This document shows, in pieces, positions 1 through 16,958 of a DNA stretch of 64,000 nucleotides. The notes below the pieces were generated by a model, which was not told the origin of the DNA, made no database searches, and saw only the letters and a program-made list of their open reading frames with translations. Numbering within the stretch: position 1 is the stretch's first letter; every line of letters starts with the position of its first letter. The DNA comes from Octopus vulgaris. Lineage: Eukaryota. The translations under genes and the position numbers were made by a program. The stretch covers positions 15,128,001 through 15,192,000 of the forward strand of contig OX597821.1 in NCBI GenBank assembly GCA_951406725.2. Reading direction: 5' to 3'.

Positions 1-1493
1 ATTTTCAAAGATACGTTAAAATCATTTGAAAAATAAAACATTAAAAATTTCTATATATTTAACGAGTTTCTAATGCTATTAACTTTTAAACTACTTTGTG
101 CCAAAAGACGAAGTCTTTTGATAAGTTTCGTTCAAAATTTTATTACACTCATAAATTCTGACATAAAAGTGAATTAATGATGATATCGCTTGCAAAATAT
201 AAATTTAAACCCTATTGAATCAGCAGACATGCTGCAAAAAAACGTCTGTTGTATGACCTCCTTAAAATAAACCACACCTCACTCCATTTGTAAAACATCA
301 ACAAAAGATTCCATAACAAAATTCAGCTCATACTAGTTGAAGCATTCTAGAAATATTTTATTTGTAGAAACATTAAGAAAAAAGATTTAATGTAATTAAA
401 AAAAATATTGCATTTGTTATTTATTTTGAAATACAAGTCTGTACAAAATATAAAGAAATATATTTTCTCTATCATATATGGGTTATGAGCAGTGTTAAGC
501 AAAGTGATGGCGTATCATAATTCAATACTTCTATCCCCGATTATCACGGTGGTTTGGTATTAAAATGTGACAAGCAAATCATTAATAAATGAATCATACA
601 CACATTTCGTTAATGAAACGAATGCGTGATTGATTTATTCCAAAGTTAAGGCCGACAATAAAGCAGCTTCTAAGAGAACATACTCGTCTGCGGTATTGTT
701 AGGATCATGCGCCATCCTATTCTTTTCCCTTCACCGGTTCCATATTAGTGGGTACGAGTTGTTAAATTCGTATGAAAATTACACAGCCTCGCAGCTTGTG
801 CAAGTGAACACAAGGGATAATCAGTGCAAATCTGGGCTGTTGAATTTGTGTATAGTCATTGGGGTGCATTTTTACCGTGCAAAGAGAATCTTCGACTGTT
901 CGTCGGCGCGAAACGAAATATGATCCACATTCTGGCCTACTGTGTTACCCAGAACATTGACGAACGAGATTACAGCTACCAGGGTTTCAAAGAATAGCAC
1001 TATTCATTTGTCGAATATTACAAACTGACTTCAATTTTTATAAAATTTGCTATTTCTAAGAAATTACTATAAAATATGATTAGGCATAGACTTATAGAAT
1101 TATTGTTTATATTTAAAGTATATTTAACGATAAATACAATTCAGTAAAAATAATGAAAACATAAAAATATGCGCATACTTCAATCTATTTACGACACATG
1201 ATTATATACACACACTCGCATATAAGTCTAATAGGTTAATAAAGCACACTTGCTTGTGTACCTGAGCGACATGCGCATCTAAGGCAAGAGTACAACTTTA
1301 TCCACACACGTACATATACTTTCACACCAAACTGTTCAAATATCTACAACCTCGAATAGCTGACTTGTGTTCAACAAAAGAATCTTCCAAAATACATTCA
1401 TACATACACACACACAATACACACACGCACACGTATATATACATATATATATATGTATATACATATATATATATGTGAGAGTGTATGTGTGCG

Positions 1494-1566
<73 letters not shown>

Positions 1567-1610
1567 CAATATGTGACCGCGTGTGTATCCTGTATAGCAG
1601 GATAGGAAAT

Positions 1611-1932
1611 AGGTATTTCGTCTGCCGCTACGTTCTGTGTTCAAATTCTGCAGAGGTAGACTTTGCCATTCATCCTTTCGGGGTCGATTAAATAAGTACC
1701 AGTTACGCACTGGGTTCGATACATTCGACTTAATCCGTTTGTCTCTCCTTGTTTGTCCCCTCTATGTTTAGCTCCTTGTGGGCAGTAAAGAAATTGCTAT
1801 TTCGTCTGTCTTTATGCACTGAGTTCAAATTCCGCCGAAGTCGACTTTACCTTACATCCTTTCGGGGTCGATAAATTAAGTACTAATTCCCCCAAAATTT
1901 CGGACCTTGTGTTAAGAGTAGGAAAGAATAAC
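1611..1932 (+). mobile_element. Two head-to-tail, 5'-truncated copies of SINE group A (Meta/MESC-like central domain) with different 3' tails
   Basis: B-box-like GTTCAAATTC and central CATCCTTTCGGGGTCGAT(T/A)AAAT..GTAC in both. First tail GTTTGTCCCCTCTATGTTTAG..TAAAGAAA, second tail CCCCAAAATTTCGGACCTTGTG..GTAGGAAAG. Matches many other copies in the window. Confidence 0.85.
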
Positions 1933-2996
1933 ATTCGTATGAATATTGTTTTACGCTAAAACTGAATATATAAATAGGTCAAAGGCGTAATAAGGAATTT
2001 CGTATTCAAATATTGAATGGCAGCTATATTATATATAAATCCGATATTTTATCTTTATTTGAAGAAAGACAGCTTACTTACATAGCCAAATGAAACAAAA
2101 CAACATTTCTAAAATCGTGTTTGCTATACACACGGGTTTTATTTTTATAAGACAGACAGAATTCTTATAAAGCCCTGTAACCACTGAGGAATAATAAATG
2201 TATAGGAAATAAGTTGTCACACGTCAAATTTGAGTTGACGAAGTGGATGGCGTATAATATATTTTACTAAATAACAACGCTATGGGATGCTATTCAAACG
2301 ATTTAATAATTACAGAAAAGTACATCGACTATTAATGACAATATTTTCATCATAAATTGGAGATAGAAATACCAAGCATCTGAGGTACTAAACAACAATT
2401 GTAAGAATCCTTGTCTTTATACTTTTTTTTTCTCAGGCTATTTTTAGTATAAGCACTGGTAAATACGAACTAGTAAAAACTGTATGCACATGTTTCAGTA
2501 TTTTGCCTTGAGGAAGATACTTTTCTTCCTTAATATCTTCTATTTTCTGATAGAAAAATCTTCATAGAGAAGAGTACATCGTAATTCACAGACTGACAAT
2601 TTGTTAGGAAACGTGTATATTTAAGCTTTTAATAGAACAGATAACCAATAAAGTAAGGAAGCTAATGAACCTAGGTAACAGATGATGCCATGAATGTCTA
2701 TATGTGTTCAAATAGGCACTTGCATTGTATACACACAAACACACACATACACACACACACGTATATACATACGTGTGCGTTAATTGAATAGGAGAGTCAG
2801 TATTCACTTTAGTAACTCTTAAGCACTGATGATAGCAGAATTACACACCTACCATACGTAGTTGAGCTAAACACAGTTGGTTGCTGCTCATTTTACTTTG
2901 ATGTTATTGATCAAAAGATGCTATTGTAATTATCACTATCAAAATAACGTGTCCTAACAAGGAAAGAAAAAATGTAAACCAAAGTTGAAAACTAAC

Positions 2997-2997
<1 letters not shown>

Positions 2998-3040
<43 letters not shown>
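2998..3040. repeat. (TAA)n microsatellite
   Basis: Directly visible tract. Confidence 0.95.
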
Positions 3041-3439
3041 GATAATAACAAAATACAAAGCGGGGAATACTTTTCTTTTGACGCAGCTTATATTTCATCC
3101 GTCTGACAGTTATGCTATCTTCTTTTTTGTCGAAATAGGAATACGACCGTATTCGATATCTCCTTCTCATTGTCTATATGCGTCTCTTTCTGTCTGTCTG
3201 TGTGTCTGACTTTCTCTCTCATACTCTAACTCATTCTCTCTCTTTCTGTCACACTATCACCTCTCTCTCTCTCTCTCTCGCATATATGTGTATGGATGTA
3301 TGTGTGGATGTAGATATATATATAATGTGAACTGAATTATATATACATACGTATGGGTATGTCCATATATTCGGATATCTGTCTATCTATCTCTAACACT
3401 CTATCTGCATCTATATATGCATGTACATCTATTTATCTA

Positions 3440-3484
3440 TCTTTCTATCCATCTATCTATCTATTTGTCTATCTATCAATTTAC

Positions 3485-3554
<70 letters not shown>

Positions 3555-3573
3555 GTCTCTCTCTCTCTCTCTC

Positions 3574-3620
<47 letters not shown>

Positions 3621-3688
3621 ATAAATATATATAAATATGTATGCATAAATATATATATCCACATAAATAAATATATATATCTACATAA

Positions 3689-3735
<47 letters not shown>
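3440..3735. repeat. Compound (TCTA)n/(TC)n/(TA)n microsatellite
   Basis: Directly visible; explains the YLSI/IY ORFs. Confidence 0.95.
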
Positions 3736-3738
<3 letters not shown>

Positions 3739-3820
3739 TTTTGCCATAGACAGCATTTCTCGATGTAGACAAATAGGTGTCAGTACATCGAGTCAGTTCA
3801 CAGTGACCTCTTATGCAGCA

Positions 3821-3864
3821 GCTGGATGCATGCATTTCGGAGTGATTACCTCCTCTTCAACAGC
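3821..3864 (-). ncRNA. Minimal type I hammerhead-ribozyme-like motif (C3U variant), unit 1 of a tandem pair
   Basis: Minus strand GCTG-TTGAAGA-GGAG gtaatca CTCC-GAAA-TGCATGCA-TC-CAGC: stems I and II pair, stem III is palindromic, one core substitution. Confidence 0.65.
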
Positions 3865-3980
3865 AGAAACTAGAAATTCGTACACTGCGAAGTAAGACGA
3901 GAGACAGGTCCTTTATATGACATTCCCATCATCGTTCAATGTCTGGTTGCACTGTTCAGCGGTTCGACGTAAATGAACTA

Positions 3981-4199
3981 ATTGTTGGCATCCTTTTTGT
4001 CTCAGGAGACAATGGAGTTGCGCATAAAGTAGTCTAGTCCGGCTTTTACATTTCATGTCCTGATACATTTCCTGCTGTGGCTGTGTAGCCCTATCCTGGA
4101 CAAACACTCCCTCTGGCAGGTACTGCAAATGTAGCGAAGGCTGTTCCTGGCTGGTTGAAATGCCATAGTTTCTTGTTGACGTCTCTTCTTTTCTTTTCA

Positions 4200-4240
<41 letters not shown>

Positions 4241-4407
4241 ACTCCTTTGTATTCCCTCTTTTACGGTACGTCGCCTTTCTCCACGGTTGCCAGTAACTGC
4301 CTCCCAACCGCTAATATTGATGTTGCAGGCCTTCATGTCCCTTTTGCAAACATCCTTGTAACGTAAGATCGGTCTACCCACAGACCTAGTACCCCTAGCA
4401 AGCTCTA
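3981..4407 (-). mobile_element. RTE-clade (BovB-like) LINE, 5'-truncated 3' end
   Basis: Translation ELARGTRSVGRPILRYKDVCKRDMKACNINISGWEAV, then in another frame YICSTCQRECLSRIGLHSHSRKC (RTE ORF2 C-terminal Cys/His motif), then 3' UTR CTCCATTGTCTCCTGAGACAAAAAGGATGCCAACAA. Confidence 0.9.
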
Positions 4408-4588
4408 ATAGGTGACATTATTACGTAGCGATGTGCATAAATACAAACTTGTTACCAGTTCAAATATGCTTGGGGCATATTTGAACTCGTAAAGAATCCA
4501 TTTATAATATTTGGTCATGGAGAAAATTTCTCGCTGCAGACAAATATATGTCAATACAACAAGTCAGTTCACTGCGACCGCATCCAGA

Positions 4589-4634
4589 TGTTAGATGCGT
4601 GTACTTCGGAGTGCTTATCTCCTCTTAAGTAACA
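4589..4634 (-). ncRNA. Degenerate hammerhead-like motif, unit 2 of the tandem pair
   Basis: Minus strand TGTTA-CTTAAGA-GGAG ataagca CTCC-GAAG-TACACGCA-TC-TAACA. Flanks 4525-4690 align with 3750-3960. Two core substitutions, so probably inactive. Confidence 0.5.
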
Positions 4635-4891
4635 GAAGCCGGAAATGCAGATTCTCTTAATGCAGACTCTGGTTGCCAGTGTTCAGAATTAATCGTTTCC
4701 GATCAACACTGTTTCCATATTTCAAAAAGTATACATTGAAAATGTTTAACGAAAGCCAGGCCCGGTTTACTGGCTGTTGATCAGAAACTGTAATTCTGAG
4801 TACTAGAAACCGTATCTATGTGTGCGTGTATGTATATGTTCATATGTGTATATGTATACATGTATAATTCTGCTTGAGTGTGTATTATACA

Positions 4892-4964
<73 letters not shown>

Positions 4965-5403
4965 TTGTGTGTGTGTGTGTGTGTGTGTGTAAGCGCACAT
5001 ATGCCTTTATATATGCCTCTGCCCTGGTGTAGGCTAAATGAAAACACACACATGCCCATATTAATTAAAAGTATTATGTCTGAACAGAATATTGTTTAAA
5101 TGCAAAGCAATTTCATGATTCCCTTGTAATCGAGTTTATGACGTTTATAGTAATACTACCATAAGGACCAGAAAATAAAATAAAAAGGTGAGTTTGAAGC
5201 AGCCGTTTACGCATTTTTCATTCACAAAGGATTTTAAACAGAGGAAAATAAAGATAAGCGTCTTCTCCAAATTTTCCTCTCGTGTTAAAAAGAGTAAGCA
5301 CACATTGGATAACTTTAAAGAAAAGCAGGCTCGGTATAACAACTAATATACGGGGACAAGATATATGAGCCTTTCAGTTATACTGTATTACAGAAATATA
5401 TGT

Positions 5404-5452
<49 letters not shown>

Positions 5453-5453
5453 A

Positions 5454-5825
5454 ATGTAATATGCGACGATTATTCGGCTGCCATGATAAAACTCCGAGTT
5501 TCAGATGCCGAAGTAGAAATCCACGCCGGCATCTCTTTAGTTATCCGAACATCGGAAACATGCTATGAAAATGACCGTTATACAAAGGGAAATTACTGTG
5601 TGATTGACCGTTATTAAGACAAAGAGCTCTTTGTATAACGGTCATTTTCGTAGCATTTTTCCGATAGCCGGATAACTGAAGAGATGGTAGCGTGGATTTC
5701 TATCTCGGCATCCGAAACTCGGAGATTTATCATGGCTACTGAATAATTGTCACATATTACATCTATAAATTCCTGTATTTACATGATATCGAGGTCACTT
5801 TCATTCTTTTGTTGTCTTAATATTT
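5454..5825. mobile_element. Fold-back element (134-bp inverted arms) with an HHR motif in each arm; probable Penelope-like pLTR remnant
   Basis: 5454-5587 is the reverse complement of 5629-5762 (about 85% by eye). Right arm GATAA-CTGAAGA-GATG..CATC-C-GAAA-CTCGGAG-AT-TTATC at 5671-5731. (TA)n on both sides. Confidence 0.75.
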
Positions 5826-5829
5826 TTAT

Positions 5830-5897
<68 letters not shown>

Positions 5898-6190
5898 TGT
5901 GTTTATATATCTATATATTTGTATGTGTGTATGAGTGTGCACATGTGTGTTTGTGGTGAGTGTATGTGTGTGACTATCTCTGCGTGATGATGTGAAAGAG
6001 AGAGAAGGAAAGAGACCGCGAGACTGAGGCAGCGAGTGTGAGAGAATATTTTCATATGCATGGGAAGAATAATTATGTTTTTAAAAATTACATGTTGAAT
6101 TTTCGTATACGCAAGCTGAGGCAATTACATTAAGAGAACAATAAAATTTCAATAGGATAAATTATTTTTTTAGCCAACATACGTGTTTCT

Positions 6191-6216
6191 GCGCGCGCGC
6201 GCGCGCGCGTGTGTGT
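6191..6216. repeat. (GC)9 run merging into (GT)n
   Basis: Directly visible alternating purine-pyrimidine tract. Confidence 0.9.
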
Positions 6217-7499
6217 ACGGGTCTATATGTATCTATATATGTATATCTATATATGTATATCTATCTATCTGTATATATATATATCTATATATATATCTAT
6301 ATATGTATATCTATATATATATATATATATAGGGAGAATTTACGAAAAAACAATATATATATAGGGAGAGTTTACGAAAAAACAATATATATATATAATA
6401 TATACGTGTACCATAAAACCATATGCTATACGAACATAATTTGTATGAAAGTTAAATTAATACAGCTAATATATACCTACAAACTCTTACACACATACTC
6501 GCACACTCTCACACACATTCACATTCACACACGCATACATTCACATATACACATGTACATTCACGCATACTTATATACATAGGAAAATGGGATATATCTT
6601 TACATCTATGAATGTATACATGCATGTAAATTTACATATACCTATATTCTCATATATAAATATAAACACATATATACATTCTTGTAAAAATGCACATGTA
6701 TGAGTGTGTGTGTGCATATGGTTTCGTTTATACAAGCAAACTTCTGATTTTCTAAATTAATTACATCAATATGTTTACTTGGTTTCACGCACTCATTTCC
6801 GCAAACTCTCCTACTATTTATAGAAACTCATTAGTGCTTGTATACTAAATTTTTACATACTTTCACATTGCTTACATAAAACCCATAGTTTTATGCACTC
6901 TTAAGTTGCTCTCTATTAACATTTACTGAGATAGAATTCTGTTACAGTTTCAAATAACGTTCATGCGTAAATCTGTCAGCTTGGCATGAGTAGACCATGT
7001 ATAATTCTTTGCATGGATATGAATAATAAATTTACGCATACACTGATTTCCCCAAATGTGTGTGTCCCACGCATCTGCAGTTGTATATAAATATCATTAA
7101 TATCTACCAAGGAAGGAATGCTGTAGATTACATTGAGGCCCTTGGTATTTGCAACGTGAATAAAAAGAACACCTGACTTGTTTGTGTAAAATGTAATCGT
7201 ATATATCGAGATTAAAGTTGCATTTATATGACACATTTTTAAATATTCAACCATACGTACAAAACGATAATATTATTGGTGTATATTGATCAAAAATTTC
7301 TGAATTCTGCAGCAATAAATATACTGAAGTATCTCAAACATAGACAAACAGAAAATATGAAGGGAATAAAACGATGACAGCAATACACACACACACACAC
7401 ACACAAATATATGTGTGTATGAACGTGTGTATAAATAAATATGTGTGTGTACACAGATGCATCCATACGTACATACATACACACACATATATATATAGT

Positions 7500-7650
7500 T
7501 TAAATTTACAGAAAAACAAAAGACGAAGACAGGTGTATAGAAAACAAACTGGTATATTAGTTTAATGCTCGGGAAGGTGAGAAAATCTTTTATGTTTCGA
7601 GCCTATGCTCTGCGGAGGAAGAATAAAGAATCATTTGTAGTTAGCGGTGA
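7500..7650 (-). mobile_element. Degenerate short element related to the HHR-bearing family at 23629 and 51988
   Basis: Minus strand GAGC-ATAG-GCTC-GAAAC hairpin and the same overall layout, next to (TA)n; the CUGANGA half is lost. Confidence 0.45.
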
Positions 7651-8345
7651 ATCATGGCGGCTGGCTGGACAGAGGTAGTTGTATAACTACATAGCCACAA
7701 CAGGACCTAATCACTTATGAAATTGTGCATTATCACAGCGAAATTAAACTTCTGCGTATATATAACATGTATGTATAGATATAACTGCAACAGAAAAACC
7801 GTTCAATAGCGGGCTTTTCATGAGAATATCAGAGGAACGTGGTGTTTAATAGCAAAACAACTGTGTATCCTTTACGAATAATAAAATAAAAATTGAAATA
7901 ATCATGGAGGTTGTGACATAAAAAACCCAGCCCAGATAAGAACCGTTTGGTTATCAATTGCGAGGAGTATTTTTTAAATATTCAACCATGCTAAAACGAT
8001 TCATAATTGGTGTATATTGGATCAAAACTATTTATTGATTTCCAATAAGAATCAATAAATAGCGAAAGACCAGTATGGATCAGTTTAACTGAAAAGTAGA
8101 ATGTAAACAATTTTAAAATGATACACTTGAACCTGTTTCAAAAGAATAAATGTTTATTCCTATTTCGTAATCTTCTGATTGGTTCGCGAAAATAATATGC
8201 AGACTATTGTAATAACTAGAAAATTGTGTTATACGAAAAGGTGTTTTAATATAATCCTGATATATTGATATTTTCTGAAGCTTATTTGCAAGGTTTTGTC
8301 AGTATTGTATACGACCCAAACTAAAAATATTTGTATACATATAGA

Positions 8346-8349
<4 letters not shown>

Positions 8350-8438
<89 letters not shown>
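8350..8438. repeat. (CA)n/(TA)n microsatellite
   Basis: Directly visible. Confidence 0.95.
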
Positions 8439-8439
<1 letters not shown>

Positions 8440-9101
8440 AAGAAAGAAAGAGTATTTCGAAAATTCGTATTTTTGCAGAAAATATTTCAACTTTAGTTGC
8501 TTTCAAAAATAAAGAAAACGGCTTAACTCCATTTTCGACCTGATGACTGGCTAATAAGTACCCACTCTCTCTTTTTCTCTCTCTCCTCCTCTCTTTTTTC
8601 TCTCTCTTTCTCTCCCTCCCCGAAAAAAGATATTCACATGCACTACGCATGCGCAAACAATCACGAAGTATACATATGCACTCCAATATTTTACTATCTA
8701 GATTTACGCTCTGTGACAGGGAGCATCACAAATGCCCCTTATTGCAGGAGTATGCTATAACTCAGTGATTGGTTGTCTAGTATAGCCACATTTAATCCTG
8801 ATGCAAAAGTTCTACTTAATATGTTTACAATTTGATGTATAAATCATATTTGATGAGTAACTTTCCGTGGGTTTTGAAAATTGTGGTTTCTTATTGGTAA
8901 AAAGTTTAAAACTCTAATGTATTATTGTTTATTTTGGGGAATTCATTCATCCGTCTTCTCCGCCCACTATTCCTAGGAGATTTGTGTGCTAGAATGTTCA
9001 GGCATCTCCTTAGTTGGGTCCTATCACAATCAACTGTCATTACAGTTTCCTTCTGAATTCCCAAGCATGACCAACTTAAACTAAGGTTATTACTCAACCG
9101 T

Positions 9102-9490
9102 GGAGGCGCAATGGCCCAGTGGTTAGGGCAGCGGACTCGCGGTCGTAGGATCGCGGTTTCGATTCCCAGACCGGGCGTTGTGGAGTGTTTATTGAGCGAA
9201 AACACCTAAAAGCTCCACGAGGCTCCGGCAGGGATGGAGGTGATCCCTGCTGTACTCTTTCACCACAACTTTCTCTAACTCTTACTTCCTGTTTCTGTTG
9301 TACCTGTATTTCAAAGGGCCGGCCTTGTCACTCTCTGTGTCACGCTGAATATCCCCGAGAACTACGTTAAGTGTGCACGTGTCTGTGGAGTGCTCAGCCA
9401 CTTACGTTAATTTCACGAGCAGGCTGTTCCGTTGATCGGATTAACCGGAACCCTCGTCGTCGTAACCGACGGAGTGCTTCCAAAAATAAA
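9102..9490 (+). mobile_element. Full-length tRNA-derived SINE, group C (resembles octopus OR-type SINEs)
   Basis: A box TGGCCCAGTGG, B box GGTTTCGATTCC, A-rich tail, imperfect TSD TACTCAACCGT / TATTCAACCAT; head shared with 44378-44676. Confidence 0.9.
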
Positions 9491-9907
9491 AAATATTCAA
9501 CCATCTATATTCTTAGTCTCTCCTCAGCTCTCTTACTGATTATTTCTTGCTAAATTCTAATCTCACGTTTTTAGTTCCCGAGTTGTGACCTCTCGAGTAG
9601 AAGCTTGACCTGGGGAAAATTATTGATCTCCGATCTATGTACATAATAATTTACAGCAGAAATCAAAGGACTGTTTCTGCGTTTTGTAATCATGTACTCT
9701 ATTCAATTAACATTACATAGTGGAAATAGGAACTAATGCCAGAGAGTTTGGCTCTTTTACAACCCTCACCTCTTACAGACAACAAATCAGATGAGCACAT
9801 TCTAGCCATGATTCACTTCAGTCTTTGCACACATTTCCGGAAAGGTTTCGTCCTATTTTTTTCATCTCATTTTTGGGGTTTTGGGAGTCTTTGATTGTTT
9901 TAATTCA

Positions 9908-10118
9908 CTGGCAGAAACGTTAGCACGTTGGGTGAAATGCTTAGCGGTATTTCGTCTGCCGCTACGTTCTGAGTTCAAATTCCGCCGAGGTCGACTTTGC
10001 CTTTCATCCTTTCGAGGTCGATTAAATAAGTACCAGTTACGCACTGGGGTCGACATAATCGACTCAATCCGTGTGTCTGTCCTCTCTGTGTTTAGCCATT
10101 TGTGGGCAGAAAAAAAAT
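9908..10118 (+). mobile_element. SINE group A, near full length
   Basis: TGGCAGAAACGTTAG head, GAGTTCAAATTCC B box, CTTTCATCCTTTCGAGGTCG central domain, TTTAGCC..GGGCAGAAAA tail. Confidence 0.9.
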
Positions 10119-10229
10119 ATATATAACTATTATATTTTTCATGATTACGCTATTCTATATTTAGAATTCATTTGGTCCATGAAGGAAATTTATTGTATGG
10201 ATTTTCATAAGTATATTTACACCACGATA

Positions 10230-10515
10230 TCATACATACGTGTGCGTGCGTGAGCGCATGTGCACGTATGTATGTACGGATGTATGTATATTAGGAAATA
10301 TGCATGTGTTGGTATTTTTCACAGAATCATTATTTGAAAATTCCTTCGGTTATTTTTTCAGTAAAATTATCATACATATCATCATACATATGTACGTGCG
10401 TGTGTATATGTATGTACGGATGTATGTATATTACAAGTAAAGTAATGTATGTGGTGGTATTTTTCACACAATCGTTATTTGAAAATTGCTTCGGTTATTT
10501 TTCAGTAAAATTAAA
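10230..10515. repeat. Imperfect tandem duplication, period about 140 bp
   Basis: GTATGTACGGATGTATGTATATTA..GGTATTTTTCACA..TTATTTGAAAATT.CTTCGGTTATTTTTTCAGTAAAATTA occurs twice. Confidence 0.9.
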
Positions 10516-11280
10516 TTTCTATTTCAAAATAAAAATCGATTCTGCTCACCTTGAAAATGTCAATATTTACTTAAACACGTCACAGTATCGCTGTCATACT
10601 TTCCTTTTAAGCACCTTTAGGAAAATATGTCATGCCACACTTCAAAATTAATTTGCTAGTTTGATAATAGGAATAGAAGTGATGATTTTCTCCAGAAACT
10701 GTCCTCGAGGCTATGTTGATTGGTACACGTTCTTCGAACAAATATGGCATTCACTATATAATTATGATTATAAATAGTTGTTTTTTTTTATCACTTTTCA
10801 TGTTCGGTAGTAAAAATTCATAATTTTATTTGAACTTTCGCTTATATTTTTAACTACTACATATGCCGAGTAAATGTGAAACATCTGTTTTGTCGCTCGA
10901 ATTGCACGTAAAATAGCACCAGATTTATTTTAATTAATGGCGTTATTTTCACGGTGTGACTCGTCTTAGTTTTAAGCTTTCTCAGTAGGAGATGGCGTAC
11001 GCCTAAAAACAACAGTAACTACGGCAAAATTTGTAAATTTATGTATAGATATTTGACAGCACAAATTAAGGAAAAGCTTCGTTGTGATCAATATTTTGTA
11101 ACAGTAGCCACACACACCAACACCCCCACACAATGACACACTCACATGCAGATAGATAAATAGATATAGATATATGTGTGTGAGTATGTCTCTGCTCGTG
11201 TACCTCTCTCTCTCTCTCTCTCCATATATATATAATTGTAAACATACATGTATTTAATAGGTGCATGTATTTAATAGGTG

Positions 11281-11682
<402 letters not shown>

Positions 11683-11894
11683 CTACAAAATTAGAGAATG
11701 GAGAAACATACTTAAATCAGTAAACATCAACTATCCGCTCTAATTTATGTGTATAATATAATATATACCCATTTAATACAATAGATGAATATGACAATTT
11801 TTAACATATGTATTAATTTTGTTGGGTACCTATCTAGCAGTATATTGGATATATATTATCCCATGGTGGGTTGAATTTTCAACCCCTATCTCAT

Positions 11895-15388
<3,494 letters not shown>

Positions 15389-16323
15389 AAAGAAATAAAT
15401 TGTTGACCTCAGTTCGAATTTGTTCCAAACAAACTTAGACTTTTTTGTTAGTATCAAATTGTGCCCATCCCCTTAGCTTCCCTTTCCTTTCTCTTTGACA
15501 GCTTAAATAGCAGTAACTGATTAAAGAGCAGTAACTGATTCCTACCCCCTTCCTCCTCTTTCTGTGATTCTTGAAAATTTCATTAACAACCTGAACCACT
15601 ACAATATAAGACTGTCATTTTTGCTTCTCATTCGGACTCCCTGATATTTTCGCATGATTGTACCCTAAATCTCTCCACAAAACTGGATTACGGACTATAA
15701 GGACATACACAAATTTTGTAAGTTCAAGACTTTTTCATCGGATCTCCAAAAAATCGAACTTATCTGCGATTCTTGTAAATTTCAATAACAATCTGTTCCT
15801 CTACACGATATGACAGTCACTATGTTTTTACTCAGACTTTCCTCTACATGATGTGGCAGTCACTTTGCCTCTTACTCGGATTTTCAAAAATTTTGCATGA
15901 CTGTATCCGAAAATTTCTTCATACAACTTGATCAAATATTCAATATGAGCTATATGTAGACATGCATAAATTCTATAGGTTTAAAACCTTTCATCGGATC
16001 TCCATGAATCGAACTTTCTTCAATGCAGTTAATCTTACAACCTCTTTTGTATCTACCCCTTTTGATGTTTGGGAATTCTCTGATATATTTTCGGCTGACG
16101 AGTACGAGCCATCTGTATTCACTGCATTTTTTGTAGCTTATTAAAGATGTCCTCGTACGAAACGATCGCACCGAGATTTTAATCCATTCTTGTTGCTTTT
16201 TTCCTATTTATAATCACCCCACTTGTCGTATGGTTAACACCATATAGATATCCGGTGCATCCTAGTTAAGGACCATATTCATGTGAATTCTTTAGAATTC
16301 ACTAGAATCTCAATTACTTAACC
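15389..16323 (+). mobile_element. About 935-bp element inside (TA)n with degenerate internal repeats and a 3' HHR; probable Penelope-like 3' end
   Basis: 15561-15690 resembles 15763-15935 and 15708-15770 resembles 15965-16025; HHR at 16089-16176; (TA)n on both sides. Confidence 0.6.
16089..16176 (+). ncRNA. Type I hammerhead ribozyme motif with a single U16.1C deviation
   Basis: TTTCGG-CTGACGA-GTACGAG-(43 nt)-CTCGTAC-GAAA-CGATCG-CA-CCGAGA: 6-bp stem I, perfect 7-bp stem II, palindromic stem III. Confidence 0.8.

Positions 16324-16958
<635 letters not shown>

Noticed and set aside
8640-8703. NRF1-like CGCATGCGCA promoter motif
   Set aside because: No CpG island or gene start nearby; the context ending TTTTACTATCTAGAT looks more like a Helitron-type end, itself too weak to call.
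9102-9175. tRNA gene
   Set aside because: A and B boxes continue into a 300-bp body and tail with TSD; it is a SINE head.
15540-16030. CRISPR-like or satellite array
   Set aside because: Only about two degenerate 200-250 bp units, no constant repeat-spacer pattern, and eukaryotic context.
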